This document shows, piece after piece, positions 18,689 to 28,166 of a DNA stretch of 64,000 nucleotides. Origin of the DNA: Patescibacteria group bacterium (GTDB taxonomy: Bacteria; Patescibacteriota; Patescibacteriia; UBA2591; JAQUPP01). Below the pieces are notes generated by a model, which made no database searches, was not told the DNA's origin, and saw only the letters and a list, made by a program, of their open reading frames with translations. The position numbers and the translations under genes are program-made. The DNA lies in contig JAQUPP010000002.1 of the NCBI GenBank assembly GCA_028716665.1, forward strand, positions 139,717 through 203,716, read 5' to 3'. Position 1 is the stretch's first letter, and each line of letters opens with the position of its first letter.

Positions 18689-20590
18689 ATGAAAAAACAA
18701 TTCTCATTTTTTAAAATTACAATAATCATTTTAATATTTGGTGTTTTTGCATTTGTCAATCAAGTTTGTGCAGAAATAAATGATTATCAACTAAATAAAA
18801 ATGATGTTCAATATGCGATAACACCATTAATATTTAACGAAGGGGATAGAGAGCCAATTGAATTAAAGTTTAAAATATTATCATCAAATTTTGATTATAC
18901 TGAAATTAAGTCTATTTATTTTAAGTTTTATAATTATTCTGATGATTTATACTTTTCTTTTTCTAAAGGAATCTTTGAAAATGATTGGAACACAAATAAC
19001 AAAGAATTCACATTCAGTATGACAAATGATTGGTCTACAAGATATAATGCCAAGTTAATTTCAATTGATTATCAGGTTAAATATCAAAATATTTTGTATT
19101 CTATTCCAATTGATGATGAAACCAAAATAATAGTTATACCGACGGTGCCGATTACTTGTAATTCTTTTATTTATTCTAATTGGTCTTCTTGCTCTGAGGG
19201 CGGTTCACAGACAAGGTCTATAATTTCTTCTTCTCCAAGTGGATGTTCCGGGGGCAACCCTATTTTAACTCAAACTTGTACTTATGTTCTACCAGTTTGC
19301 ACTTCATGGGTATATTCCGATTGGAATATTTGTCAATCTAATGGGACACAAAATAGAACTGTAACTTCATTTTCACCAAACGGTTGCACGGGTGGCAACC
19401 CTATTTTAACTCAATCCTGTGCTTATGTTGCACCAACCTGCACTTCATGGACTTATTCTAATTGGTCTTCGTGTTTAGACAACAGTCAGCAAACAAGGTC
19501 TATAATTTCTTCTTCTCCAAATGGTTGTTCTAATGGAAATCCAATATTGACTCAATCTTGCACATATATTTACACTCCACCAACCTGCACTTCATGGACT
19601 TATTCTGATTGGGGCGCGTGTGTTAATAATCAACAAAGCAGAACAATAATATCGTCACAGCCTGCAAGCTGTATTGGCGGTAATCCTATATTAATACAAA
19701 CTTGTAATCTTACACCAGCCTGTTCAGAAAACGATTGGACGTCTCTTTTAACTCCAACGGCTTGTCCAAATAACGGTCAGCAAACAAAAACATGGTATAA
19801 AATAGGGCAATGCCAAGAGGGAGTTACTCATCCATCTACAGAAACAATCAGCTGTAATTATCAAGCACTTACTTGTACTGATTTCACATACAATAATTGG
19901 GGTGAGTGCGGTTTAAGCGGTGTGCAATCAAGGACGGTATTTTCTTCTTCTCCAAGTGGATGTTCCGGGGGCAACCCTATTTTAACTCAAACTTGTACTT
20001 ATATTCCTACCTGCATAGTAAATAATTGGTCTTGTGGTAATTGGTCTAGTTGTTCTTCAAATGGTGCTCAAACTAGAATATGTAATAAAATTTTAAATTG
20101 CGATGGGGGCGTATTGTCGCCTGCAACTACACAATCATGTATTTATACATCGCCAGAAAAACAAGAAAATATCGGTTCACTTTCGGACGGAACCTTGGTC
20201 AGAATAAAAGGTACTGCCGGTGTTTATTTAATTTATAACAATCAAAAACGTCCCATTAAGAGTGCTGCGGTATTTTTAGGCAGAGGATATAAATGGAAAA
20301 ATATAATTGATGTTGATGCGAATATATTAAATGTTTATCCTACGGGCTCAGAATTAACAATTTCAGAAGTAATAAATATAGTGCCAAAAAATCAGGGTAT
20401 CAAGATAAAGATTAATGTCCCGAGTTTGCGAGTTAGAAGTTTACCCAATGCGAACGGAAAAATTATTATTTCAGTCTTGAACGGGAAAGAATATCAAGTG
20501 ATCGAAAAACAAACCGGTTGGTATAAAATAAATTATACTGCTAATAAAACAGGCTGGATAATGAGCCAATATACAAAAATAATTAAATAA
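18689..20590 (+). CDS. Secreted protein with Cys/Trp-rich thrombospondin-like repeats and C-terminal SH3-like domain
   Basis: Signal peptide; ~7 repeats CTSWTYSNWSSC...QTR...P.GC.GGNPILTQ.C; LRVRSLP...GWYKI...GWI. Confidence 0.75.
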   Translation: MKKQFSFFKITIIILIFGVFAFVNQVCAEINDYQLNKNDVQYAITPLIFNEGDREPIELKFKILSSNFDYTEIKSIYFKFYNYSDDLYFSFSKGIFENDWNTNNKEFTFSMTNDWSTRYNAKLISIDYQVKYQNILYSIPIDDETKIIVIPTVPITCNSFIYSNWSSCSEGGSQTRSIISSSPSGCSGGNPILTQTCTYVLPVCTSWVYSDWNICQSNGTQNRTVTSFSPNGCTGGNPILTQSCAYVAPTCTSWTYSNWSSCLDNSQQTRSIISSSPNGCSNGNPILTQSCTYIYTPPTCTSWTYSDWGACVNNQQSRTIISSQPASCIGGNPILIQTCNLTPACSENDWTSLLTPTACPNNGQQTKTWYKIGQCQEGVTHPSTETISCNYQALTCTDFTYNNWGECGLSGVQSRTVFSSSPSGCSGGNPILTQTCTYIPTCIVNNWSCGNWSSCSSNGAQTRICNKILNCDGGVLSPATTQSCIYTSPEKQENIGSLSDGTLVRIKGTAGVYLIYNNQKRPIKSAAVFLGRGYKWKNIIDVDANILNVYPTGSELTISEVINIVPKNQGIKIKINVPSLRVRSLPNANGKIIISVLNGKEYQVIEKQTGWYKINYTANKTGWIMSQYTKIIK

Positions 20591-20594
20591 AGAT

Positions 20595-20813
20595 ATGATA
20601 GGTACGATTGGATTAATTTTTAATTTTATCGGTACATTATTGATTATCCTTTTTATAGGTAAAGATCAAAATGAGTGGACGGAGAACGAAGGAAAATATA
20701 AAAATAAAAAATATTATGCCTTATTTATTAAGTGCCCCCGTTGTTTAAATTTTGGAATTATTTTAATAGTTATAGGATTTATTTTTAGTTTAATTGATAG
20801 TTTATTAAAATAG
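20595..20813 (+). CDS. Small membrane protein
   Basis: Two TM segments. Confidence 0.55.
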   Translation: MIGTIGLIFNFIGTLLIILFIGKDQNEWTENEGKYKNKKYYALFIKCPRCLNFGIILIVIGFIFSLIDSLLK

Positions 20814-20849
20814 CGAGTAGTACGACAGGGTAAAATTTCAAAAAAGTCA

Positions 20850-20878
20850 TTGTCAACAAATTAATTTTGTGATATAAT
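20850..20878 (+). promoter_or_regulatory. Sigma70-type promoter of gyrB
   Basis: TTGTCA-17 bp-TATAAT (TGn extended), 7 nt before ATG. Confidence 0.7.
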
Positions 20879-20885
20879 ATTACTG

Positions 20886-22928
20886 ATGAAAAATAAACAA
20901 ACAGACAAAAAGACGGAAGTCAAAATAACTCCTCAAGACAAAAAGAAGGCGGATATTAAAGAATATGGCGCCAAGCAAATTACCGTTCTTGAAGGATTGG
21001 AACCGGTTAGAAAAAGACCGGCCATGTATATTGGTTCAACCGATTTAACCGGCTTGCATCATCTTATTTGGGAAGTGGCGGACAACGCTTTGGACGAAGC
21101 CACGGGCGGTTTTTGCAATGAAATAAGCATTGAATTATTGGAAGGCAACAGAGTCAGAGTTTCGGATAACGGCCGAGGTATTCCGGTTGATATTCACAAA
21201 GGCACGGGTAAAAGCGCGCTTGAAGTGGTTATGACCAAACTTCATGCCGGCGGAAAATTTGACCAAGGAGCTTATAAAATTTCAGGCGGATTGCACGGGG
21301 TGGGAGTTTCAGTGGTAAACGCTTTGTCAGTTTACACAAAAGCGGAAGTTAAGAGAGACGGAAAACTTTGGGCGCAAGAATATAAACGGGGAATTCCAAC
21401 CGGAAAAGTCAAACCAGTCGGAAAAGCAGAGGGGAGCGGAACAATCATTACTTTCCAGCCTGATCCGGAAATTTTTCCAAGAACAGATTTTAATTTTGAA
21501 ACAATTTTAAATCATCTTCGCCAGCAAGCTTATTTGACACGCGGAATAAAAATCAGTGTTTCCGACGAATCGTCTCCGAAAAATAAAAAATCATACACTT
21601 TTTATTTTGAAGGCGGCGTATATTCGTTTGTTCAATATTTAAATAGAACCAATGAACCGCTGCATCCGAATGTTTTTTACGTGGCCAAAGAAGCGGAAGA
21701 TATTTTCGTGGAAGTCGGTTTTCAATACACCAATGATTTCAGAGAATGTTTGCTCGGTTTTGCCAATAATATTTATACTCCCGAAGGCGGATCGCACGTG
21801 GTCGGTTTTCGTTCAGCTTTGACCAGAGTATTAAACAGCTATGCCAGAGATAAAGATTATATAAAAGAAAAAGATGCCAATTTGACAGGTGATGATGTTC
21901 GCGAAGGATTAACCACGGTTATCAGCGTGAAATTAAAAGATCCGCAATTTGAAGGCCAGACCAAAAGCAAGTTGGGAAATGTTGAAGCGAGAACGGCGGT
22001 TGATACGATTTTCTCCGCTGCTTTCAAAGATTTTTTGGAAGAACATCCCAAAGATGCGGAAGCGATTATTAAACGTTGCGTTTTGTCGGCCAAGGCCAGA
22101 CAAGCGGCCAAATCAGCCCGAGAAACAATTTTAAGAAAAGGCGTTTTGGAAAGCTTGGCTTTGCCGGGAAAATTGGCTGATTGCACTTCGAGAGATCCTC
22201 AATTGAGCGAACTTTTCATTGTCGAAGGAGACAGTGCCGGTGGAAGTTGTAAAATGGCTCGCGACAGAATGTATCAGGCGATTTTGCCATTGCGCGGAAA
22301 AATTATGAACGTTGAGAGAGCGCGTTTGGATAAAATTCTTTCCAATCAAGAATTAAAATCTTTGGTTATCGCTTTGGGAACAAATATCGGAGAACAATTT
22401 GAAATTGAAAAATTGCGCTATCATAAAATTATTATTATGACTGATGCGGACGTAGACGGTTCGCACATCAGAACGCTTCTTTTGACTTTCTTCTATCGTT
22501 ATTTTCCGGAATTGGTCAATCAGGGATTTATTTACGCCGCTCAACCGCCATTGTATCGCGTTCAATTTGGCGGTAATTCCAAATATTTTTACAATGAAGA
22601 AGACAAAGATAAATTTTTAAAACAAGAGAGAAATGATAAATCGGAAGAAGTGGGCAAAGGATTTAAAGTAAAGAAAATAGGGGATACGCCCAAGCAATCA
22701 GCGCCGAAAAATTTTAACATTCAAAGATATAAAGGTTTGGGTGAAATGAATCCGGACGAACTTTTTGAAACCACCATGAATAAAAACACCCGCATTTTGA
22801 AAAAGATAGAAGTGGAAAACGCCTCCAAAACAGACGAGATATTTGATATTTTAATGGGCAAAGACGTTGAACCGAGAAAAAGATTTATTCAAACCCACGC
22901 CAAAGCCGTTAAAAATTTGGATATCTAA
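20886..22928 (+). CDS. gyrB: DNA gyrase subunit B
   Basis: LEGLEPVRKRPAMYIG, SGGLHGVGVS, VEGDSAGGS, PLRGK, QRYKGLGEM. Confidence 0.97.
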   Translation: MKNKQTDKKTEVKITPQDKKKADIKEYGAKQITVLEGLEPVRKRPAMYIGSTDLTGLHHLIWEVADNALDEATGGFCNEISIELLEGNRVRVSDNGRGIPVDIHKGTGKSALEVVMTKLHAGGKFDQGAYKISGGLHGVGVSVVNALSVYTKAEVKRDGKLWAQEYKRGIPTGKVKPVGKAEGSGTIITFQPDPEIFPRTDFNFETILNHLRQQAYLTRGIKISVSDESSPKNKKSYTFYFEGGVYSFVQYLNRTNEPLHPNVFYVAKEAEDIFVEVGFQYTNDFRECLLGFANNIYTPEGGSHVVGFRSALTRVLNSYARDKDYIKEKDANLTGDDVREGLTTVISVKLKDPQFEGQTKSKLGNVEARTAVDTIFSAAFKDFLEEHPKDAEAIIKRCVLSAKARQAAKSARETILRKGVLESLALPGKLADCTSRDPQLSELFIVEGDSAGGSCKMARDRMYQAILPLRGKIMNVERARLDKILSNQELKSLVIALGTNIGEQFEIEKLRYHKIIIMTDADVDGSHIRTLLLTFFYRYFPELVNQGFIYAAQPPLYRVQFGGNSKYFYNEEDKDKFLKQERNDKSEEVGKGFKVKKIGDTPKQSAPKNFNIQRYKGLGEMNPDELFETTMNKNTRILKKIEVENASKTDEIFDILMGKDVEPRKRFIQTHAKAVKNLDI

Positions 22929-23094
22929 ACAGCTTTTTAGCTTGTAGCTTATTAGCTTTTTAGGCCTTAGAAACTAGCTTATTAAAAATTTTAGCCTACA
23001 GGCTAAAAAGCCAGTTTATCCACTTGCATGTTTTTAAATGAGTGTTATTATAAATAAGACCCGCCGGGTCATTTTAAAAACCAATAATATTAGT

Positions 23095-23277
23095 ATGATA
23101 AATAAATTTAGCAATTATATTAAAAGTTCCATTAGCGAACTGAAAAAAGTGGCTTGGCCTTCACGAAAAGAAACCACAAACCACACTATTTTGGTTATTG
23201 GTATAAGTTTAGGCCTCGCTGCTTTTTTAGGTTTGATTGATTTTTTCTTAACCAAATTATTACAAGTGATATTATAA
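23095..23277 (+). CDS. secE: Preprotein translocase SecE
   Basis: ELKKVAWPSR + one TM; upstream of nusG; start moved to ATG 23095. Confidence 0.92.
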   Translation: MINKFSNYIKSSISELKKVAWPSRKETTNHTILVIGISLGLAAFLGLIDFFLTKLLQVIL

Positions 23278-23281
23278 ATTT

Positions 23282-23827
23282 ATGCCTAGGCAAATTCAAC
23301 AAGAAGGCCGCCGTTGGTATGCCATTCATACTTATGCCGGATACGAAGAAAACGTGGCCGAAAACTTGCAGCAAAGAATTGACTCAATGGACATGCACGA
23401 TAAAATTTTTAATATTTTAATTCCCACTGAAAAGAGAATTAAAATAAGAAATAGCAAGCGAAGAGTGGTGATTGAAAAAATGTTTCCCGGTTATGTATTA
23501 GTGGAAATGGATGTAACCGATGATTCATGGTATGTGGTCAGAAATACACCGAATGTTACCGGTTTTATCGGCTCGGGCACTACGCCTACTCCGTTGTCTG
23601 ACGCGGAATTTAAAAATATTCAGAAAAGAATGGGTGTTGAAGAACCCAAATATAAAATTGATATCAGCATCGGTTCTCCTGTTAAAATCAATGATGGACC
23701 GTTTAAGGGTTTTGAAGGCAGAGTAGAGGAAGTTGACGAAATGAGAGGAAGATTAAAAGTTCTGATTTCCGTCTTCGGCCGCGAAACTCCTATTGAATTA
23801 GACTTTTTACAGATTAAAAAAATATAA
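23282..23827 (+). CDS. nusG: Transcription factor NusG
   Basis: [32 protein letters not shown]. Confidence 0.97.
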   Translation: MPRQIQQEGRRWYAIHTYAGYEENVAENLQQRIDSMDMHDKIFNILIPTEKRIKIRNSKRRVVIEKMFPGYVLVEMDVTDDSWYVVRNTPNVTGFIGSGTTPTPLSDAEFKNIQKRMGVEEPKYKIDISIGSPVKINDGPFKGFEGRVEEVDEMRGRLKVLISVFGRETPIELDFLQIKKI

Positions 23828-23834
23828 TAATTTT

Positions 23835-24260
23835 ATGGCTAAAAAAATAAAAAGCGTTATTAAACTTCAAATTCAGGCAGGACAAGCTAATCCCGCGCCG
23901 CCAGTCGGTCCGGCATTAGGCCAGCACGGTTTAAATATCGCGGAATTTTGCAAAAAATTTAATGACGCCACTAAAGATAAAATCGGCAACATTATTCCGG
24001 CGGAAATTACTGTTTTTGAAGACAGGACTTATTCTTTTGTTCTCAAAACTCCTCCCGCTTCGGAATTGCTTAAAAAAGCGGCCGGTATTGAGAAAGGTTC
24101 AGGAAAACCATTGCAAGTGAAAGTTGGAAAAGTAACCAAAGCTCAAATCAGAGAAATTGCCAAAATAAAATTACCGGATTTGAATACTGATAATTTGGAA
24201 GCGGCTTGTAAAATTATTGAAGGCACAGCCAGACAAATGGGCATTGAGGTGAAAAACTAA
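23835..24260 (+). CDS. rplK: 50S ribosomal protein L11
   Basis: [18 protein letters not shown]. Confidence 0.98.
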   Translation: MAKKIKSVIKLQIQAGQANPAPPVGPALGQHGLNIAEFCKKFNDATKDKIGNIIPAEITVFEDRTYSFVLKTPPASELLKKAAGIEKGSGKPLQVKVGKVTKAQIREIAKIKLPDLNTDNLEAACKIIEGTARQMGIEVKN

Positions 24261-24295
24261 AAAGCTAATAAGCTAATTCCTAAAAAGCTAATTTT

Positions 24296-24973
24296 ATGTA
24301 CAGCAAACGTTATCAAAAAATAAAAAAACAAACAGATTCTTCTAAAGCTTATAATTTAGGCGAAGCTATAGATCTTATTAAAAGTTTGAAATCCGCCAAA
24401 TTTGACGAGACGATTGATATTCATATTAAATTGGGTATTAATCCTTCCAAAACAGAACAGCAAGCCAAGGGCTCGGTTATTCTGCCAAATGGAGCGGTAA
24501 AAACAAAAAAAATTGTTGCTTTTGTTTCTGAAAAGCACGTTCAGGAAGCCAAAGACGCCGGAGCTGATTTGGTTGGCGGCGAAGAATTGATCAAGGAAAT
24601 CAAGGAAACAGGTAAATGCAATTTTGACGTAGCCGTCGCTCATCCTGATATGATGAGAAGTTTGGCTCAAGTGGCAAAAGTTTTAGGACCAAAGGGTTTA
24701 ATGCCAACGCCAAAACTCGGCACCATTACCGAAGATATTTCTAAAATTATCGGTGAATTGAAAAAAGGCAAAGTGGCTTTTAAAAATGACGCCGGCGGAA
24801 ATGTCCATCAAGCAATGGGAAAAGTTTCTTGGGATAAAGAAAAAATTCAAGGCAATATGGAAGCATTTTTGTCCGCGGTCAGAAAATCAAAACCGGCCGG
24901 AGTGAAAAGTAATTTTATCAAATCAGTGTCCATTGCCTCAACCATGGGGCCGGGATTAAAGATTAGTATCTAA
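24296..24973 (+). CDS. rplA: 50S ribosomal protein L1
   Basis: KFDETID, LGPKGLMP, STMGPG. Confidence 0.97.
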   Translation: MYSKRYQKIKKQTDSSKAYNLGEAIDLIKSLKSAKFDETIDIHIKLGINPSKTEQQAKGSVILPNGAVKTKKIVAFVSEKHVQEAKDAGADLVGGEELIKEIKETGKCNFDVAVAHPDMMRSLAQVAKVLGPKGLMPTPKLGTITEDISKIIGELKKGKVAFKNDAGGNVHQAMGKVSWDKEKIQGNMEAFLSAVRKSKPAGVKSNFIKSVSIASTMGPGLKISI

Positions 24974-24976
24974 TTT

Positions 24977-25672
24977 ATGAAGAAGAAAGGGCTATTCATC
25001 GTTTTGGAAGGAACTGATGGCTCGGGCAAAAGCGAACAATTTAATCGTTTGCTTAAAAGATTAAAACAATCAGGTCAAAATATAAAAACAGTGGACTTTC
25101 CGCAATACGGGAAGTCTTCTGCTTATTTCGTGGAAAAATATTTAACCGGCGAATACGGCGGATGGAAAGAAGTCGGACCGTATAAAGCTTCTCTTTTTTA
25201 TGCCTTGGACAGATTTGATATTTCCGCGCAAGTTAGAAAATGGTTAAAACAGGGAAATATAATTTTAGCCAATCGTTATGTAGCTTCCAATTTGGGACAC
25301 CAGGGTGTTAAAATAAAAAATAAAAACACTCGGCATAATTTTTTCAAATGGATTAATAATTTGGAATATGAAATTTTAGGCATTCCCAGACCGGATATCA
25401 ATTTTTTTCTTCACGTGCCGGCCAAGGTGGCTTATAAATTAGTGGCTAAAAAAGGAGCGCGCGAATATTTGCACGGTAAAAAAAGAGATATCCATGAACA
25501 GGATATCAAACACTTGCAGCAAGCGGAAAAAAATTATTTGGAAATCGTAAAATTTTTCCCTAAAGATTTTTTATTGATTGAATGCGCTTCAAATAATAAG
25601 CTTTTAAGCAGAGAGGAGATAGAGGAAAGAATTTGGAAAAGTTTCAAAAGAAAATATCCAAGCTTAGGATAA
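24977..25672 (+). CDS. tmk: Thymidylate kinase
   Basis: [27 protein letters not shown]. Confidence 0.9.
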   Translation: MKKKGLFIVLEGTDGSGKSEQFNRLLKRLKQSGQNIKTVDFPQYGKSSAYFVEKYLTGEYGGWKEVGPYKASLFYALDRFDISAQVRKWLKQGNIILANRYVASNLGHQGVKIKNKNTRHNFFKWINNLEYEILGIPRPDINFFLHVPAKVAYKLVAKKGAREYLHGKKRDIHEQDIKHLQQAEKNYLEIVKFFPKDFLLIECASNNKLLSREEIEERIWKSFKRKYPSLG

Positions 25673-27058
25673 TTTCTTGATAATTGATCCTTGCTCAGCA
25701 TCTTCCACCGTAAATCCTAAATCTTCAATTTTTTTGCGAACTTGGTCGGCTTCCGACCATTTTTTTTGTTTTCTTAATTCTTCCCGTTCTTTGGCCAAGG
25801 CAGATATTTCTTCCGGAATTTCTATCGGTTTTACTTTATCCAAATTTAATCCCAAAACTTGGTCAAACTTCAATAAAGTGGCCATTTTTTGTTCATCAGG
25901 ATATTTTTCTTTTAATAAATCCCAAACAACCGCCAAAGCTTTTGGCGTGTTTAAGTCATCGTTAATGGCTTGGTCAAATTTTTCTTCAACTTCTTTAATT
26001 ATGGTAGTTGGTTTAGGAAAATTTCCCACGATTTGATAAAGATTATTCAAAGCATTCTGAGCCGCAGTTAAACTTTCCAAATCAAAGGATAGGGGAGAAC
26101 GGTAATGAGTGTTTAAACATAAATAACGGAAAGCCAAAGATTGAAAATTTAAATTTTTTAATTCTGAAAGGGTATAAATTTCACCTTTACTTTTTGACAT
26201 TTTTCCGCCTTTAAACAAGAGCCATCTTATATGCAGCCAATAATTGACGAATTTTTTACCCGTGGCCGCTTCGCTTTGGGCGATTTCATTAGTATGATGA
26301 ATGGCAATATGTTCTTCACCGCCGGTATGAATGTCGAAATGTTCTCCCAGATATTTCATACTCATAGCCGAGCATTCAATATGCCAGCCCGGAAAACCAA
26401 TTCCCCAAGGGCTTTCCCATTCTTGCTGCCTTTTCGCTTGTCCTGAGCCATGAGCTTGTCGAATGGTCGAAGGGGAGAATTTCCAAAGAGCAAAATCAGT
26501 AATGTTCTTTTTTTCTTTCATCTCAATTCTCGCACCTGCCTCAAGCCCTTCTATTTTGAGTCCGGCCAATTTGCCATAATCTTTTAATTTGGAAGTGTCA
26601 AAATAAATTCCGTCAGAAGTTTTGTAAGTATATCCTTTTTCTTCCAATTTTTTTATCAATTCAATTTGTTCTTTAATATGTTCGGTTGCCTTGCACCAAA
26701 TATCGGGTTCGGAGATATTTAATTTTTTAAAATCATCTTTAAGAATTTGCCAATAATAATTGGCGATATCTTCCGCTTTTTTCCCTTCTTTGGCAGCCGC
26801 TTTTTCCATTTTATCTTCGCCTGTGTCCGCATCAGAAGTTAAATGTCCAACATCAGTTACATTGATAACATGCTTGATTTGATAATTATTGTAAATTAAG
26901 GTTTTTTTGAGAACATCGGCAAAAATATAAGCTCTTAAACAGCCGATGTGCTGATACCAATAAACCGTTGGGCCGCAAGAATAAATGCCGGCAAAACCGG
27001 GTTTAATCGGTTTAAATTCTTCTTTCTGGCGAGTGAGAGTGTTATAAAGTTTTAACAT
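25664..27058 (-). CDS. cysS: Cysteine--tRNA ligase with a 13-aa repeat-derived insert
   Basis: [31 protein letters not shown]. Confidence 0.97.
   Translation of the reverse strand: MLKLYNTLTRQKEEFKPIKPGFAGIYSCGPTVYWYQHIGCLRAYIFADVLKKTLIYNNYQIKHVINVTDVGHLTSDADTGEDKMEKAAAKEGKKAEDIANYYWQILKDDFKKLNISEPDIWCKATEHIKEQIELIKKLEEKGYTYKTSDGIYFDTSKLKDYGKLAGLKIEGLEAGARIEMKEKKNITDFALWKFSPSTIRQAHGSGQAKRQQEWESPWGIGFPGWHIECSAMSMKYLGEHFDIHTGGEEHIAIHHTNEIAQSEAATGKKFVNYWLHIRWLLFKGGKMSKSKGEIYTLSELKNLNFQSLAFRYLCLNTHYRSPLSFDLESLTAAQNALNNLYQIVGNFPKPTTIIKEVEEKFDQAINDDLNTPKALAVVWDLLKEKYPDEQKMATLLKFDQVLGLNLDKVKPIEIPEEISALAKEREELRKQKKWSEADQVRKKIEDLGFTVEDAEQGSIIKKLS
26436..26474 (-). repeat. 39-bp in-frame palindromic element ([13 protein letters not shown]) in cysS
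   Basis: 37/39 identical to 37337-37375. Confidence 0.92.
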
Positions 27059-27089
27059 ATTAAAATTATTTTAACATTATAAAATAGGG

Positions 27090-27167
27090 TTGACAAGTGT
27101 TCAAAATTTGCTATATTATTAATTAATAATTCCAAACATGTTTTGGAAAGAAAATTAAAAAAGGAGG
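27090..27167 (+). promoter_or_regulatory. Promoter + palindromic leader + RBS, copy 1
   Basis: TTGACA 27090-95, TGcTATATT; 41-bp block 27122-27162 identical to 27660-27700; GGAGG. Confidence 0.8.
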
Positions 27168-27173
27168 AAAACC

Positions 27174-27569
27174 ATGAATAGCGGAGTATATGCCGTTAGG
27201 CAGCTACGGAAAATTCGCAAAATTCAGAAAGAACAGAATAGGGTTATAAAAAGATATGAAAAAGAAAAAAGGATAATTGCAGATGCAATTATCACGAGAA
27301 TCGAAGAACCGGTTTTAAGCGGAGATTTATTTCGGATCATGAAAGACTCAGGTAATCGTCCGCCGGAAGAAATTAGATTTGAAGTTAATAAAGAAAAAGG
27401 AACCCTGGATGTCATTTTTGACTACAGCGGAAATTATCTCGATAATAATAAGGTGAATGGCGAATTCATTGATGATTGGGTGCAAAAAAAAGTTCAAGAA
27501 AGATTTAAAGAATGGGGTATGTCTTCGGAGTATATTTCCAGTTGTATTATCGCAGAATATGGGAAATAA
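27174..27569 (+). CDS. Hypothetical protein
   Basis: ORF with promoter, GGAGG RBS and downstream terminator. Confidence 0.7.
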   Translation: MNSGVYAVRQLRKIRKIQKEQNRVIKRYEKEKRIIADAIITRIEEPVLSGDLFRIMKDSGNRPPEEIRFEVNKEKGTLDVIFDYSGNYLDNNKVNGEFIDDWVQKKVQERFKEWGMSSEYISSCIIAEYGK

Positions 27570-27570
27570 T

Positions 27571-27612
27571 AAAAAAAGCGGCGTGAGAAAATCTCACCCG
27601 CTTTTATTTTTT
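27571..27612 (+). terminator. Intrinsic terminator
   Basis: aaaagcggcgtgagaaatctcacccgcttttattttttt. Confidence 0.75.
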
Positions 27613-27630
27613 TATTAAAATTTTTTACTC

Positions 27631-27706
27631 TTGACAAAAGCTAAAAAATATGCTAATATATTAATAATTCCAAACATGTTTTGGAAAGAAAATTAAAAAA
27701 AGGGGG
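27631..27706 (+). promoter_or_regulatory. Promoter + palindromic leader + RBS, copy 2
   Basis: TTGACA 27631-36, TGcTAATAT; same 41-bp leader block. Confidence 0.8.
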
Positions 27707-27710
27707 AAGA

Positions 27711-28085
27711 ATGACGGAAATCCAAGAAAATTTTTATGATGGAATGAGAGCGGCCGAAAAGGGCCTTTTAAGTTCTGGCCTTCCGATAACTATGCCCGAT
27801 CTTATTGGTTTCAGATTTGTTTTTGGGTGTAAATATGGTTCTCATTACCAAATTCTTGTTGGTACTATCACCGGAGTTCGTATTTCCGATATAGGGGGAT
27901 TTCAGCTTCAGATTTCTAATGAGAAGATGGGTGGGGACAAGATTGACTGTATTATACAAACAGAAGAGGGTTGGGAATTAATAACTCTTCCAGAGGAAAA
28001 AGAGTGTTCAAGGCCAATAATGGGCGCCACGAATCTTTACCATCCCAAAGATAGGGGGTATTATCCGGGAGTTTTCTTAAAATAA
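27711..28085 (+). CDS. Hypothetical protein
   Basis: ATG 27711 follows AGGGGG RBS; hairpin+T tract at ~28098-28142. Confidence 0.7.
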   Translation: MTEIQENFYDGMRAAEKGLLSSGLPITMPDLIGFRFVFGCKYGSHYQILVGTITGVRISDIGGFQLQISNEKMGGDKIDCIIQTEEGWELITLPEEKECSRPIMGATNLYHPKDRGYYPGVFLK

Positions 28086-28166
28086 GGACTAATAATAGAA
28101 GGAGTGATTGATGTAAAACATCTTTCGCTCCTTTTCTTTTTCTTAAAATTTGATAGAATATGAAAC

